Source of the DNA: Spirochaetia bacterium
GTDB lineage: Bacteria; Spirochaetota; Spirochaetia; CADAEX01
DNA: 64,000 bases
Direction: 5' to 3'
Assembly (NCBI GenBank): GCA_963662795.1
Contig: OY759746.1
Location: forward strand, 2,503,817-2,567,816
The notes under the pieces are model-generated. The model was not told where the DNA came from. It saw nothing but the letters and a program-made list of their open reading frames with translations, and searched no databases. Shown here piece by piece: positions 19,585-29,318 of this stretch; positions within the stretch are counted from its first letter, which is position 1, and every line of letters begins with the position of its first letter. Made by a program: the position numbers and the translations under genes.

Positions 19585-20934
19585 AACCCTGTTCAGAATG
19601 GAAAGAAGTTCTTTGTTCCCGATTAGATCGATAGTCCTTGCTTCAACAAATTTTACAGCGGTTTCCGTGTATGACCCTGCGGAAATACAGTAGGATTTAC
19701 CTGCCCTTACATCTTTGCTTTTGAAATAAAGATCTCTCAGCATAAGGTCTCCGACAGATGCCGTTGTCCGTATAAACCGGAAAAGTACTATATCCTCCAC
19801 CTGTGCGGAGTTTACCTCAGTTACTATATCCACATAGTCATTTTTGGCGGCTGTAATATCAGTTATCTTTAAATGCGTTTTGGGGTAGAATAACGGAGCT
19901 ATATTCCTGCAAAGATTTACAAACTCGGATGTCGGCGATATAAGATATGTTTTAAGGTTTTTGTTTTCTGCGAGTTCACTGTACTTTAATTTAAGACCGT
20001 TTATATCTTTATACTCGGGGTTTATCCCGATCAGGATATCAATTATTTTAAGGGCGGCATTAAGCTTGTTTTCTTTAATATATGTTGATACAAGCACATA
20101 TAAAAGTTCAAGCCTTACATCCGGCGGTATCTCTTTGTGTTTGAGACCGATTTGAAGGTCTTCAACAGCTTTTTCATAATTCCTTTTCTTCATATTGATT
20201 CTGCCGGTTTCAAGGCATGACTGGGGACCGTACTGAGGGTCAGGGCGGAGATGGAAAAAAATTCTGTAGGCATTCTCAATCTGTCCGGTTTCATTATAGG
20301 CTTGTCCAAGAAAAAAAAGGATTTCCTTATCCCCCGGAGTAATTTCGTAACTTTTCTTTAAATAGGATATCGCGTCCTTGTACCTGCCCATGAAAAAGAG
20401 TATTTTCCCCATGTACTGGACAGTCGTGGTGTGGTCCGGAAGAAGATGTCTCGCCGCAGTAAAAAGCAGTAACGCCTTTTCATAATTTTTTCTGTCAAAT
20501 TCAATTACCCCGAGATTATAATTGATTTCAAAAATGTCCTTATTAATGGATCGGGCATATGCAAAGTACTTGTATGCTTCATCAGTTCTGCCGGTCTTCA
20601 GGGCGGAAACAGCATATTTGTAAACAATATCGAATTCATCAAGCGATGAATTCGTGCCTGTCTGATCAAGAAGTATTTTTAATAAATGAAGTGATTTGTC
20701 ATACATTTCTTCTGAATAATAAAGGTCGGCAAGGTCGGAAATAGCCTGCGCATCTTTAGGGTTCTGTTCCAGTCTTCTGTTTGCAGATTTTATAATCGCG
20801 TTTCTGTCTTTATTTTTTGAAGTTGAACTGATTATTCCGCCGGATGATAAATTTTTTATAAAAGATATTATCAATATTGCCACAGCTGCCACAGCTGCCG
20901 CAATTATAATTACAATAAAAAGTAAAAAGTTCAT
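19570..20934 (-). CDS. membrane-anchored TPR-repeat protein with a C-terminal Mrr_cat-like (restriction-endonuclease fold) domain
   Basis: N-terminal TM helix and multiple 34-aa TPR-like units. The C-terminal roughly 120 aa is discussed in findings. Confidence 0.6.
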   Translation of the reverse strand: MNFLLFIVIIIAAAVAAVAILIISFIKNLSSGGIISSTSKNKDRNAIIKSANRRLEQNPKDAQAISDLADLYYSEEMYDKSLHLLKILLDQTGTNSSLDEFDIVYKYAVSALKTGRTDEAYKYFAYARSINKDIFEINYNLGVIEFDRKNYEKALLLFTAARHLLPDHTTTVQYMGKILFFMGRYKDAISYLKKSYEITPGDKEILFFLGQAYNETGQIENAYRIFFHLRPDPQYGPQSCLETGRINMKKRNYEKAVEDLQIGLKHKEIPPDVRLELLYVLVSTYIKENKLNAALKIIDILIGINPEYKDINGLKLKYSELAENKNLKTYLISPTSEFVNLCRNIAPLFYPKTHLKITDITAAKNDYVDIVTEVNSAQVEDIVLFRFIRTTASVGDLMLRDLYFKSKDVRAGKSYCISAGSYTETAVKFVEARTIDLIGNKELLSILNRVSGRD

Positions 20935-20962
20935 ATGTCATTATGGTATAATCACTAAATCA

Positions 20963-20988
20963 TTGTCAATAAAATAAATTATTGACAA
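20963..20988. promoter_or_regulatory. perfect inverted repeat TTGTCAATAA-N6-TTATTGACAA in a divergent intergenic region (back-to-back TTGACA -35 boxes or an operator)
   Basis: Read directly: arms at 20963-20972 and 20979-20988. Confidence 0.5.
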
Positions 20989-21088
20989 AATATGTACGCA
21001 GCTATAGGCTTTATATATAAGGGAACCAACCGAAGGAATTGTGGTTCCCTGAATATTTCAGTTATGCTGATATTTTGGAGGCAGTAAC

Positions 21089-22150
21089 TTGGATAAACCT
21101 ACAATCGGAATAAGAATTGCAAATGGAACGTTCTTTCCGATACTCCGGGAAAATGATGCAAGAAGAAAAAAAATAATCCTATCTCCGGTCCGGGAAAATC
21201 AGAAAGATGTAAAAATTGATATATTCCGGGGAGAAGGCGATGGTATGCTTGACCCGGTTTATGTTGCCAGTCTGATTCTGAATGGCATCAGCCAGGATTC
21301 TGAACAACCGGTTGAAATCCAGATGCTTGTTAATATAAGCAGTGACGGGGTTCTTGACGCGGAAGCGTTTGAGCCGTTATCAGGTGTTAAACAGTTCCTC
21401 TCAATAAGCCTTGATTCCATTGAGGAGAATGCGGGTTTCTATGACATGAGTGATTCAGACTCTGAAAATGCGGCAGACATATCTGCCCAGATGGATGAGG
21501 AAGACTATTTCAGCAGCGAAGAGGATAACTCCGGAGATTCTGCTTTTGACGAATTTGAAACCGGCGATGAGAGCTTCGGGAATATCGGGCAGAGTGATGA
21601 AAATGAGGAAATAACTGAAGAAGCTACCATTGATGAATCAGAAGAAGATGATAATGAGGAAGAGAATAATTCGCCCTGGCTCTATGAAGCTGAAAATAAG
21701 GGCAGCAAAAAAAACAGACTCCTGAAATTAGCTGTTCTGGTTCTTGGAATAATATTCATAGCTTTACTGGCATTACTTATATATACGCTTTTTATGAAAC
21801 CAACTCTTGCCAAAAACCGGACAACGGCGCCTGTCACAGCTGTCGCGCCTAGCGCGGCTGTAGAAGTGCCTAAAACCCCCGAACCGGTACCTGCTCCTGT
21901 ACCAGTGGTCAAGGAAGAACCTGCCGTTCCGGCAGCCGCGCCTGTTCCCCCGGTTGCAGCAGCTGTTGAGCCTGTAAAAAAAGCACCTGAAAGTGTAAAA
22001 TACAGGATTAAATGGGGCGATACTCTTTGGGATATCTCTAAAACCTACTACAGAACTCCATGGCTTTATAAAAAAATTGCAAAGGATAACAAAATCAAGA
22101 ATCCTGATCTTATTTTTGCCGAGACATATATTAATATCAAATCTGAATAG
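21089..22150 (+). CDS. single-pass membrane protein: Hsp70-SBD-like N-domain, acidic linker, TM, Pro/Ala-rich spacer, C-terminal LysM
   Basis: LysM pattern YRIKWGDTLWDISKTYY...IKNPDLIFAETYINI. The TM is LLKLAVLVLGIIFIALLALLIYTLF. TTG start. Confidence 0.75.
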   Translation: MDKPTIGIRIANGTFFPILRENDARRKKIILSPVRENQKDVKIDIFRGEGDGMLDPVYVASLILNGISQDSEQPVEIQMLVNISSDGVLDAEAFEPLSGVKQFLSISLDSIEENAGFYDMSDSDSENAADISAQMDEEDYFSSEEDNSGDSAFDEFETGDESFGNIGQSDENEEITEEATIDESEEDDNEEENNSPWLYEAENKGSKKNRLLKLAVLVLGIIFIALLALLIYTLFMKPTLAKNRTTAPVTAVAPSAAVEVPKTPEPVPAPVPVVKEEPAVPAAAPVPPVAAAVEPVKKAPESVKYRIKWGDTLWDISKTYYRTPWLYKKIAKDNKIKNPDLIFAETYINIKSE

Positions 22151-22261
22151 TTTTACCTGATCCCTTCCGAAATATAATAATAAACTATATAATTGCATCA
22201 ATTGCAGCAGCTGCTTTGAAAAGTCCTGCTGCTATTAATAAGTCATAGTGGAGTATTTTCA

Positions 22262-24658
22262 GTGTATACAGGCAAAAAAGGGACAGCGGCGGCATTATTG
22301 ATTGCTTCTTTGGCTCTATATCTTTCAATAGCTGTTTTTGCGGCTAAAACAGGTGTTCAAACAAACCCTTTGCTGTTTCCCGGTCAGTTTCTTTACAGCT
22401 ACTATCTGGATTCCGCGTTTTATGTTCCGCTTTATCTTCTGGCATGCTCGTTTTTTCTTGTAAGGAAAAAATTCCACAGGGACAATGTCATTCTACTGAT
22501 TCTGACAATATTACCGTTTTTAACAACCGGACTTGCTTTGAGGCTTCACTTTCTTCCCCTGGAAGCAGGCTGGTTTGAAAAAGCCCTGCTGAAATCTTTC
22601 GGACAATTTGCGCCTGTTGTTGTTTTTCTGATAGCTCTGATTGAGGTAATGCTGATTATAAAAGCAGGCTTTTATCTGTCAGGCAGAAGAGGGGCAGATG
22701 CCCGATCGGAGGAGGAGAAATCTTTAACAGATGAAATACCTTCAGATGAATCCGTAAATAAATCAGGTGTTGAGGAGACCACAGATTCAGGGACGGAAGA
22801 TGTATCAGGGAAGAGAGGATTTGCCTCCTTAAGTCTTTCAGGTATAAGTTCCATTAGAGAGGAGATACCCCCGGTGGATGAGCTGCTTGATGAACCGGCC
22901 TATTTCCGGGTGAACAGGGAAACGGAAGGGACAGCATCTGACGGTACAGAACAGGAGGATGTTTTTACGGAAGCAGAAACCGGAGAAGAAAATTCAAATG
23001 AAAATGAATACTTTGAAATTTCCCCTGTAGATGAACCGTATAACGGAGAAACAGAAATGTATCCTGAAGATATACCTTCCGAAACAATATATGCTTCCGC
23101 AAATCCTTTACAGGATGAAATAACAGAAGAAATGGTAAATGAAGAAATTATTGAGGCTGAAACAGATGCTTCGATAGAAGAGAACCCGTCTATTGTAAAG
23201 GAGTATTTCGCGGCCCAGAAAAAAATCATTATAAAGAAAAAGGAATACAAAATACCGTTTGATATTCTCGATGAGTACCGTGAAGTCGGATATACAAGCA
23301 TTGATGCCCGTACCAGGGATGAGGCTGAAATACTGAGGCAGACTCTGGCCGAGTTCAGAATTGAGGCAGAGGTTACAGGAATAAGAAAAGGGCCTGTAAT
23401 TACAATGTTCGAAATATTACCTGCGCCGGGAGTAAAACTTTCCAGGATTACAAATCTTGCCGATAACATCGCACTTCGTCTTGCCGCATCAAGGGTCAGG
23501 ATTGTAGCGCCCATCCCGGGAAAACACGCGGTCGGTATTGAGGTTCCCAACAGGAACAGGGCAATTGTATCTTTCAGGGAGCTTATTGCTGTTGATTATC
23601 CCCAGTACACAAAATATCATCTGCCGATAATCCTCGGAAAGGATATAACCGGAGAGGAGCAGATTATTGATCTTACCCAGACCCCGCATCTTCTGATCGC
23701 GGGAGCAACAGGTTCCGGAAAATCAGTATGCGTCAATTCCATAATTGCGTCTCTCCTTTACACTAAGAAACCGCAGGATGTGAAGCTGATCCTGATAGAT
23801 CCCAAGATAGTAGAATTAAAACTTTATAACGACATACCCCATCTGCTTACACCTGTTATAACTGATCCTAAAAAGGCCTTTCAGGCACTTCAGTACTGCA
23901 TATTTGAAATGGAAAAACGGTATGCGCTGCTTGATGCTCTGGGAGTGAGGGATATACATTCCTTTAACAGAAAAATTAAAAGCAAAAATATCGCCACTCT
24001 TCCGCTTCCCTACATTGTCGTAGTTGTTGATGAGTTCGCAGACCTTATGGCCACCACAGGGAAAGAGCTTGAATCCACACTTGCCCGTCTTGCTGCCATG
24101 TCAAGGGCGGTCGGTATTCATCTTGTCCTTGCAACCCAGAGGCCTTCGATTGATGTTATTACAGGTTTGATAAAAGCCAATATACCCTCCAGGATTGCAT
24201 TCATGGTTGCCAGCAAGACTGACTCAAGGATTATTATTGATTCTGTCGGTGCCGAAATGCTGCTGGGGAAAGGAGACATGCTTTTTACATCAGCCTGGAA
24301 CCCGTATCTGACAAGGATCCAGGGTGCATATCTGTCTGAAAGTGAAGCGGAAAAGGTTGTGGAAAAGGTGAGGGAATACGGCGCGCCTGAATACATTGAT
24401 GACGAGATATTTATCGATGATGATGAGGATGATCTGTCGGATTACGAAAATGATTACGGAGATGATCCGTTAATGGATAGAGCTCTCGAAATAGTAGCGA
24501 CCGCCGGTAAGGCTTCTGCTTCATATCTTCAGAGGAGACTGAAAATAGGGTATAACAGGGCAGCGCGGCTGGTCGAAGAGATGGAGAGACGAGGCATTGT
24601 AGGCCCCCAGAACGGAAGCAAGCCGAGGGATATTCTTAATATTCCGGATAAGCTTTAA
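22262..24658 (+). CDS. ftsK: DNA translocase FtsK/SpoIIIE
   Basis: N-terminal TM helices, an acidic linker, Walker A GATGSGKS, Walker B VVVVDEFADL and a C-terminal gamma wHTH (SASYLQRRLKIGYNRAARLVE). Confidence 0.95.
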   Translation: MYTGKKGTAAALLIASLALYLSIAVFAAKTGVQTNPLLFPGQFLYSYYLDSAFYVPLYLLACSFFLVRKKFHRDNVILLILTILPFLTTGLALRLHFLPLEAGWFEKALLKSFGQFAPVVVFLIALIEVMLIIKAGFYLSGRRGADARSEEEKSLTDEIPSDESVNKSGVEETTDSGTEDVSGKRGFASLSLSGISSIREEIPPVDELLDEPAYFRVNRETEGTASDGTEQEDVFTEAETGEENSNENEYFEISPVDEPYNGETEMYPEDIPSETIYASANPLQDEITEEMVNEEIIEAETDASIEENPSIVKEYFAAQKKIIIKKKEYKIPFDILDEYREVGYTSIDARTRDEAEILRQTLAEFRIEAEVTGIRKGPVITMFEILPAPGVKLSRITNLADNIALRLAASRVRIVAPIPGKHAVGIEVPNRNRAIVSFRELIAVDYPQYTKYHLPIILGKDITGEEQIIDLTQTPHLLIAGATGSGKSVCVNSIIASLLYTKKPQDVKLILIDPKIVELKLYNDIPHLLTPVITDPKKAFQALQYCIFEMEKRYALLDALGVRDIHSFNRKIKSKNIATLPLPYIVVVVDEFADLMATTGKELESTLARLAAMSRAVGIHLVLATQRPSIDVITGLIKANIPSRIAFMVASKTDSRIIIDSVGAEMLLGKGDMLFTSAWNPYLTRIQGAYLSESEAEKVVEKVREYGAPEYIDDEIFIDDDEDDLSDYENDYGDDPLMDRALEIVATAGKASASYLQRRLKIGYNRAARLVEEMERRGIVGPQNGSKPRDILNIPDKL

Positions 24659-24674
24659 GGATCAGGTTCGGGTT

Positions 24675-25892
24675 TTGAATAAAAATTTCAGTTTCAGGCT
24701 CAGGGCAATAACTTTTTTTCAGTATGTAGTAATATGCGGCGTTATACCGGTCATGAGTCTCTATCTCAAGGAAATCCCCGGCATCAGCGGCGTAAAAGTC
24801 GGAATCATACTTTCAATGTCAACCGCGGCAGGCATTCTCTCTCCGCTTATCTCTGTCTATATTGCAGACAGGTATATCAGCGCTGAAAAACTTTTTTCTG
24901 TCTGCAATATTGCTGCTTCTATGCTTATGACGATGCTAAGGCAGCAGAGCGGTTTTCTGCCGATATTATTTATCTATCTTTTTCTCATGATGTGTATTAC
25001 CCCATCGACAGCGCTCATAAATATCATGGTTTTTAACTTTCTTAAAACAGAAGGGTTTAGGTTCGGCTCGATAAGGGTCTGGGGAACACTCGGCTGGATA
25101 TTTATGTCTCTTTTTTTCAGCTATGTGTGGCTGGGGGATATTTTTTTCATGGATTTGGAAAAATCAATCGGTGATATACTGTATTTTTCTTCCGCCACCG
25201 CTCTTTTCCTCGGATTATTCAGTCTCACCATTCATTCAGAAAAAAAAGAATCAAAAAAGAGCAATGCGGGCCTTTCCCTGTTTGGAAAAGATCTTTCATC
25301 TCCCGACAGGAGGAGGCTTTACGTTTTTTTTATGATAAGTTTCTTTATGTCGATCGTTGATAAATACTATTATATGGGTCTTTCTCCATACCTGAGATAT
25401 GCCGGAATCAGTGATAAATGGATTATGCCTGTCATCTCTTCAGGCAATATTTCGGAAATATTTTTAATGTTTTTTTTATTCAGGATCCTTGTCAGGTTCG
25501 GATTTAAAAAAACACTGGCGGCAGGCGCTGCCGCTCATTGCCTGAGATTTTTTTTCTTTGCATTTTCAGACGGGATAATTCCTGTTTTGTCTGCAATCCT
25601 TATTCACGGCGTAACATTTGCCCTTTTCTCTGCTGCCGCATATATTTACCTGGACATGTACTGCAGCAGTAAAACCAGGACTTCGAACCATCTTGTTTAC
25701 AGTTTTGTAATATCAGGCGCCGGAAACCTTGTCGGGAACCTTGCCGCCGGCAATGTCTTTGATATTTCTCTGTCAAATTTCGGAAGTTATTCATTTTTCT
25801 GGTTTATTCCCGCGATTGTCTCACTAATTTCGCTTTTTATGATTATAATATTTATAGATAACTCTAAACCGGTATTTCAGGAAAAAGGATAA
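24675..25892 (+). CDS. MFS-type transporter (about 12 TM)
   Basis: Hydrophobic throughout, with a YIADRY loop motif after TM2. TTG start. Confidence 0.7.
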   Translation: MNKNFSFRLRAITFFQYVVICGVIPVMSLYLKEIPGISGVKVGIILSMSTAAGILSPLISVYIADRYISAEKLFSVCNIAASMLMTMLRQQSGFLPILFIYLFLMMCITPSTALINIMVFNFLKTEGFRFGSIRVWGTLGWIFMSLFFSYVWLGDIFFMDLEKSIGDILYFSSATALFLGLFSLTIHSEKKESKKSNAGLSLFGKDLSSPDRRRLYVFFMISFFMSIVDKYYYMGLSPYLRYAGISDKWIMPVISSGNISEIFLMFFLFRILVRFGFKKTLAAGAAAHCLRFFFFAFSDGIIPVLSAILIHGVTFALFSAAAYIYLDMYCSSKTRTSNHLVYSFVISGAGNLVGNLAAGNVFDISLSNFGSYSFFWFIPAIVSLISLFMIIIFIDNSKPVFQEKG

Positions 25893-28800
25893 ATGGCAGG
25901 TTATACTGCATACTACGGCAATTCCCTTAAAAAACTCTCTGCCCTTTATTCAGGCACTATCTTTAAAGTAAAACTTTTTGATAATAATTCCATTGTAATT
26001 GTTCAGAACAGGAATATGGAAGAGTGGCTGAAATTCGGGATTGCTTCGGACAGAGGGCTGTGCAACGGGATTTCCTTTATGTTTCAGGAGCAGGCTGTCC
26101 GTTATGTTTTAAGCTTCTTTCCTGATCTTACCGTAGAACTTGAAAAAAAAAGCATCGTATATCTTGATGACCTCAAGATCATAATATACAGAAAACTTGA
26201 GTCAATACTTTCCTCTATTGAAAAATATCCTGATTTCATCGGGCTGAAAAAATATATTGATGATTCAGCTGTTTCTTCAGACAGCGATAATGGTAAAGAG
26301 GATGTGTCAGACGATCCGGCTTTTATCAGGGGGGAAAGGCTCTTTTTCCTTTCAGACAGTATTGCGGGGCTGTTTTATCATTATGGGCTTAACTGCGCAG
26401 AAATGACCGCCTCCTGGGGAAAGGGAAAGAGTTTCCTTGATAATTCTGAATACAGTTATCTTCTGGGACATGAAAAATGGCAGATGGTTCTGTGGAACAT
26501 GATATTTTCTGAAGGATCGCGGTATATTCATCCGGGACAGATTATAACCGGCATTCTTGAAAATAAATATGCAGTTCCTGAAATAAACATGAATATCGCG
26601 ATCTTCGGTTCTTCCTTTTTAAGCGAACAGTCAGTTTCTTTTTTCCAGTATCTCTCATCAGTCTGTAATGTTACTGTGGACCATTTTATACTTTCTCCTT
26701 CTCCGTCATTCAGTACAAATGGAAAACCGGCTGATGCAGATGATTCGCCGGCTTCTCAAAGATGGAGCAGTCTTGTCACAGGATTATCGCGGTTATTGTC
26801 AGATAAAAAAATTACTGTAAAAGAGTATTTTGATTGTCCTTCTTCATCTACCCTGCTTGGCAGTCTTAAAACAATGATTTTCAACAATAAAATACATCCT
26901 GTTCCTGAATTTACGGCTGCCGACAACTCGCTTCAGATTATTTCGGCTCCCGGGAAAAAAAGGGAAATTGAAATATTGAAAAACAGTATTTTAGGACTTG
27001 TTTCTTCAGAAAAAATCAAATTCCACGAAATAGGTGTTGCGGCGCCGGATATAAATGCTTATCTCCCGTATATTGAATCAATCTTTCCTTCATCGGATGA
27101 CCTGCTAGATGTTCCGTATAACATTATGGATATCAGTTTTGCAATGCAGTCCCAGTATGTTAAAGGGTTCCTGTCCCTGACTGAATTATGCGGAGCGAGG
27201 TTTACGAGGAAAGAACTTTTTACCCTTTTTTCCAATCCATGTTTTATGGAAAAATTTGAACTGGATGAAAAGGATATAGCAAAGTGGCTTGATATCTGCG
27301 GAGAACTTTCAATCAAATGGGGCCTTGATTCGGGCCACCGCAGGGATGCCCTTTCATACATTGATAAATCAGGAACATGGACGGCAGGGTTTGAAAGGGT
27401 CGCATCAGGTCTTGTCTTTGACGAGTCAGAGGGGGAAGTAGTTTTCTCCGATAAAGGGGCAGTCCTTCCTTACAGTCTGACTGACAGTAATGAAGAAAAA
27501 AAAATCTCCCTGATGTTTGCAGTCTCCGAGTCGCTTTACCGTGATTTGTACCATATCAAAAAAAAGGAAATGGAACTTACCGGCTGGACATCTTTTTTTG
27601 AAACAATTATGGACAGATATCTGGAGCCTGTTCCCGGTTTTCAGCATGAAAAGGATAAAAGCTTTCTTAAAAATATTTTCCGGCAGATAAACAACCTGGC
27701 CGGCGGCAGGGAGAAGGAGGAAACAGAAAACCTCTTTCCTTTCCCGGTGTTTAAAGCTCTTCTTGACGGGTACTCGGATGCGGGAGGTTATTATAAGGGC
27801 CAGTATCTTTCTTCCGGAGTCTGTTTTTCCTCGATTAAACCCTTGAGGGCCATTCCATTCAGGGCAATATTTCTGATAGGCATGGATATCAATACTTTCC
27901 CCGGAAAAGACAATCCGCCGGGGTATGATCTGCGGAACCTGACAGAAAAAAGCATAGACCTTACAAAGCAGAATACTGATTCTTTTGCCTTTCTTGAAAC
28001 AATAATTTCGGCAGAGGAAAAACTTGTAATATCTTATAACGGTACAGACCCGGTCACGGGAACTTCCGAGGACCCTTCCGTTCTGGTTACCGAAATAGAA
28101 GATATGACAGGTAAATATGCCGCTGAGCAGATAACTTCTGTGCATCCCCTTAAGTCTTACGACCCTGCCTGTTTTGACGGTTCCAACGGTAAAATATTAT
28201 CATACGACAGCAGGAACTATCTTCCGGCTCTGTGTGTTTCCTCCGTAACATCAGGAGGTAAAAGAAATAATGTTTTCTATCCTGTATTTGTCAAAAAACA
28301 GATGGAAGGAGCGGTGCCGGACTGCAGCCCTGTTAAAGCAGGCACAGATATATTCAGTCTCCTGCAGTTTCTGAAAACGCCGCTGAGTCATTACAGCAGG
28401 ACAATAATGGGCCTTTCTTCCAATCCATTAAGCCTCCCTGAAAACGATATAACTGAAACAATTGGAATTCCATGGCATGAACAGTTTAATATTACGGATG
28501 AGATATCAAAAATTTCAAAACAACAGTCTTTTGATGATTTTATCGAATCAGCATTGAAAGCGAGAATCCTTGACAGCAGGGCCGGCAATATTCCTGCAAC
28601 CAGGGTTGAATATGATCTGTTAAAAAAAGACACTTTGAACTTTTATAAAAATCTTGAAAAATCAGGTTATTTCAGTCTTGGAAAAGTTAAGGTAACTATC
28701 GGCCGGGGCAGTTATGTTGAAAAGAATGATGAAATAGTTTCTCTCTCTTTTCCGGCAGTTGTTTTTGAAGGGGAAAAAGGTGTTCTTGAAATATCAGGAA

Positions 28801-29270
28801 ATCTTCCTGAGCTCAGATGCAGCGGAAGTGATTATTTTTCAGTAGTAAACGGTAAATTCAAATTAAAAAACATTGCAGGCCATTTATTGAATTACCTGCT
28901 GCTTTCAAAGATAAACGGGAAAAACTCAGCAGTTACTTATTCTGTTTTTGATCTGAACGGGAACAGGAAAGGGGTATTTTCCTCCGGAAATGTGGCCGCC
29001 GGCATTGCGGAAAGTGCAGTTGCGGACGCATTTATTTCTGCATCTGTTAATCCCTGGGTTGTTGATCCAGATTGTATCGAAAACGGGATAAAATGCTATA
29101 AAAACGGCGGTAATACTGATGATGTTATAATCTCCATGAAGCAGTATTATGAGAATAACAGTTTCAGCGACATGAAATACCTTAAAGGTTTTGATAATGT
29201 CTCTCCATGGTTTGATGATGTGTATTTCAGAAAGCTGCTTGAGAATTTCTATTCTCATCTGGTGTTTTAA
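25893..29270 (+). CDS. recC: exodeoxyribonuclease V gamma subunit RecC
   Basis: 1125 aa. The N-terminus aligns by eye with E. coli RecC (IVIVQNRNMEEWL vs ILVQSTGMAQWL). It lies immediately upstream of recB-recD. Confidence 0.8.
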   Translation: MAGYTAYYGNSLKKLSALYSGTIFKVKLFDNNSIVIVQNRNMEEWLKFGIASDRGLCNGISFMFQEQAVRYVLSFFPDLTVELEKKSIVYLDDLKIIIYRKLESILSSIEKYPDFIGLKKYIDDSAVSSDSDNGKEDVSDDPAFIRGERLFFLSDSIAGLFYHYGLNCAEMTASWGKGKSFLDNSEYSYLLGHEKWQMVLWNMIFSEGSRYIHPGQIITGILENKYAVPEINMNIAIFGSSFLSEQSVSFFQYLSSVCNVTVDHFILSPSPSFSTNGKPADADDSPASQRWSSLVTGLSRLLSDKKITVKEYFDCPSSSTLLGSLKTMIFNNKIHPVPEFTAADNSLQIISAPGKKREIEILKNSILGLVSSEKIKFHEIGVAAPDINAYLPYIESIFPSSDDLLDVPYNIMDISFAMQSQYVKGFLSLTELCGARFTRKELFTLFSNPCFMEKFELDEKDIAKWLDICGELSIKWGLDSGHRRDALSYIDKSGTWTAGFERVASGLVFDESEGEVVFSDKGAVLPYSLTDSNEEKKISLMFAVSESLYRDLYHIKKKEMELTGWTSFFETIMDRYLEPVPGFQHEKDKSFLKNIFRQINNLAGGREKEETENLFPFPVFKALLDGYSDAGGYYKGQYLSSGVCFSSIKPLRAIPFRAIFLIGMDINTFPGKDNPPGYDLRNLTEKSIDLTKQNTDSFAFLETIISAEEKLVISYNGTDPVTGTSEDPSVLVTEIEDMTGKYAAEQITSVHPLKSYDPACFDGSNGKILSYDSRNYLPALCVSSVTSGGKRNNVFYPVFVKKQMEGAVPDCSPVKAGTDIFSLLQFLKTPLSHYSRTIMGLSSNPLSLPENDITETIGIPWHEQFNITDEISKISKQQSFDDFIESALKARILDSRAGNIPATRVEYDLLKKDTLNFYKNLEKSGYFSLGKVKVTIGRGSYVEKNDEIVSLSFPAVVFEGEKGVLEISGNLPELRCSGSDYFSVVNGKFKLKNIAGHLLNYLLLSKINGKNSAVTYSVFDLNGNRKGVFSSGNVAAGIAESAVADAFISASVNPWVVDPDCIENGIKCYKNGGNTDDVIISMKQYYENNSFSDMKYLKGFDNVSPWFDDVYFRKLLENFYSHLVF

Positions 29271-29318
29271 ATAAATGCGGTATCTGTAAGTATCAGGATG
29301 CGGCATTAAAAGGAAAGT

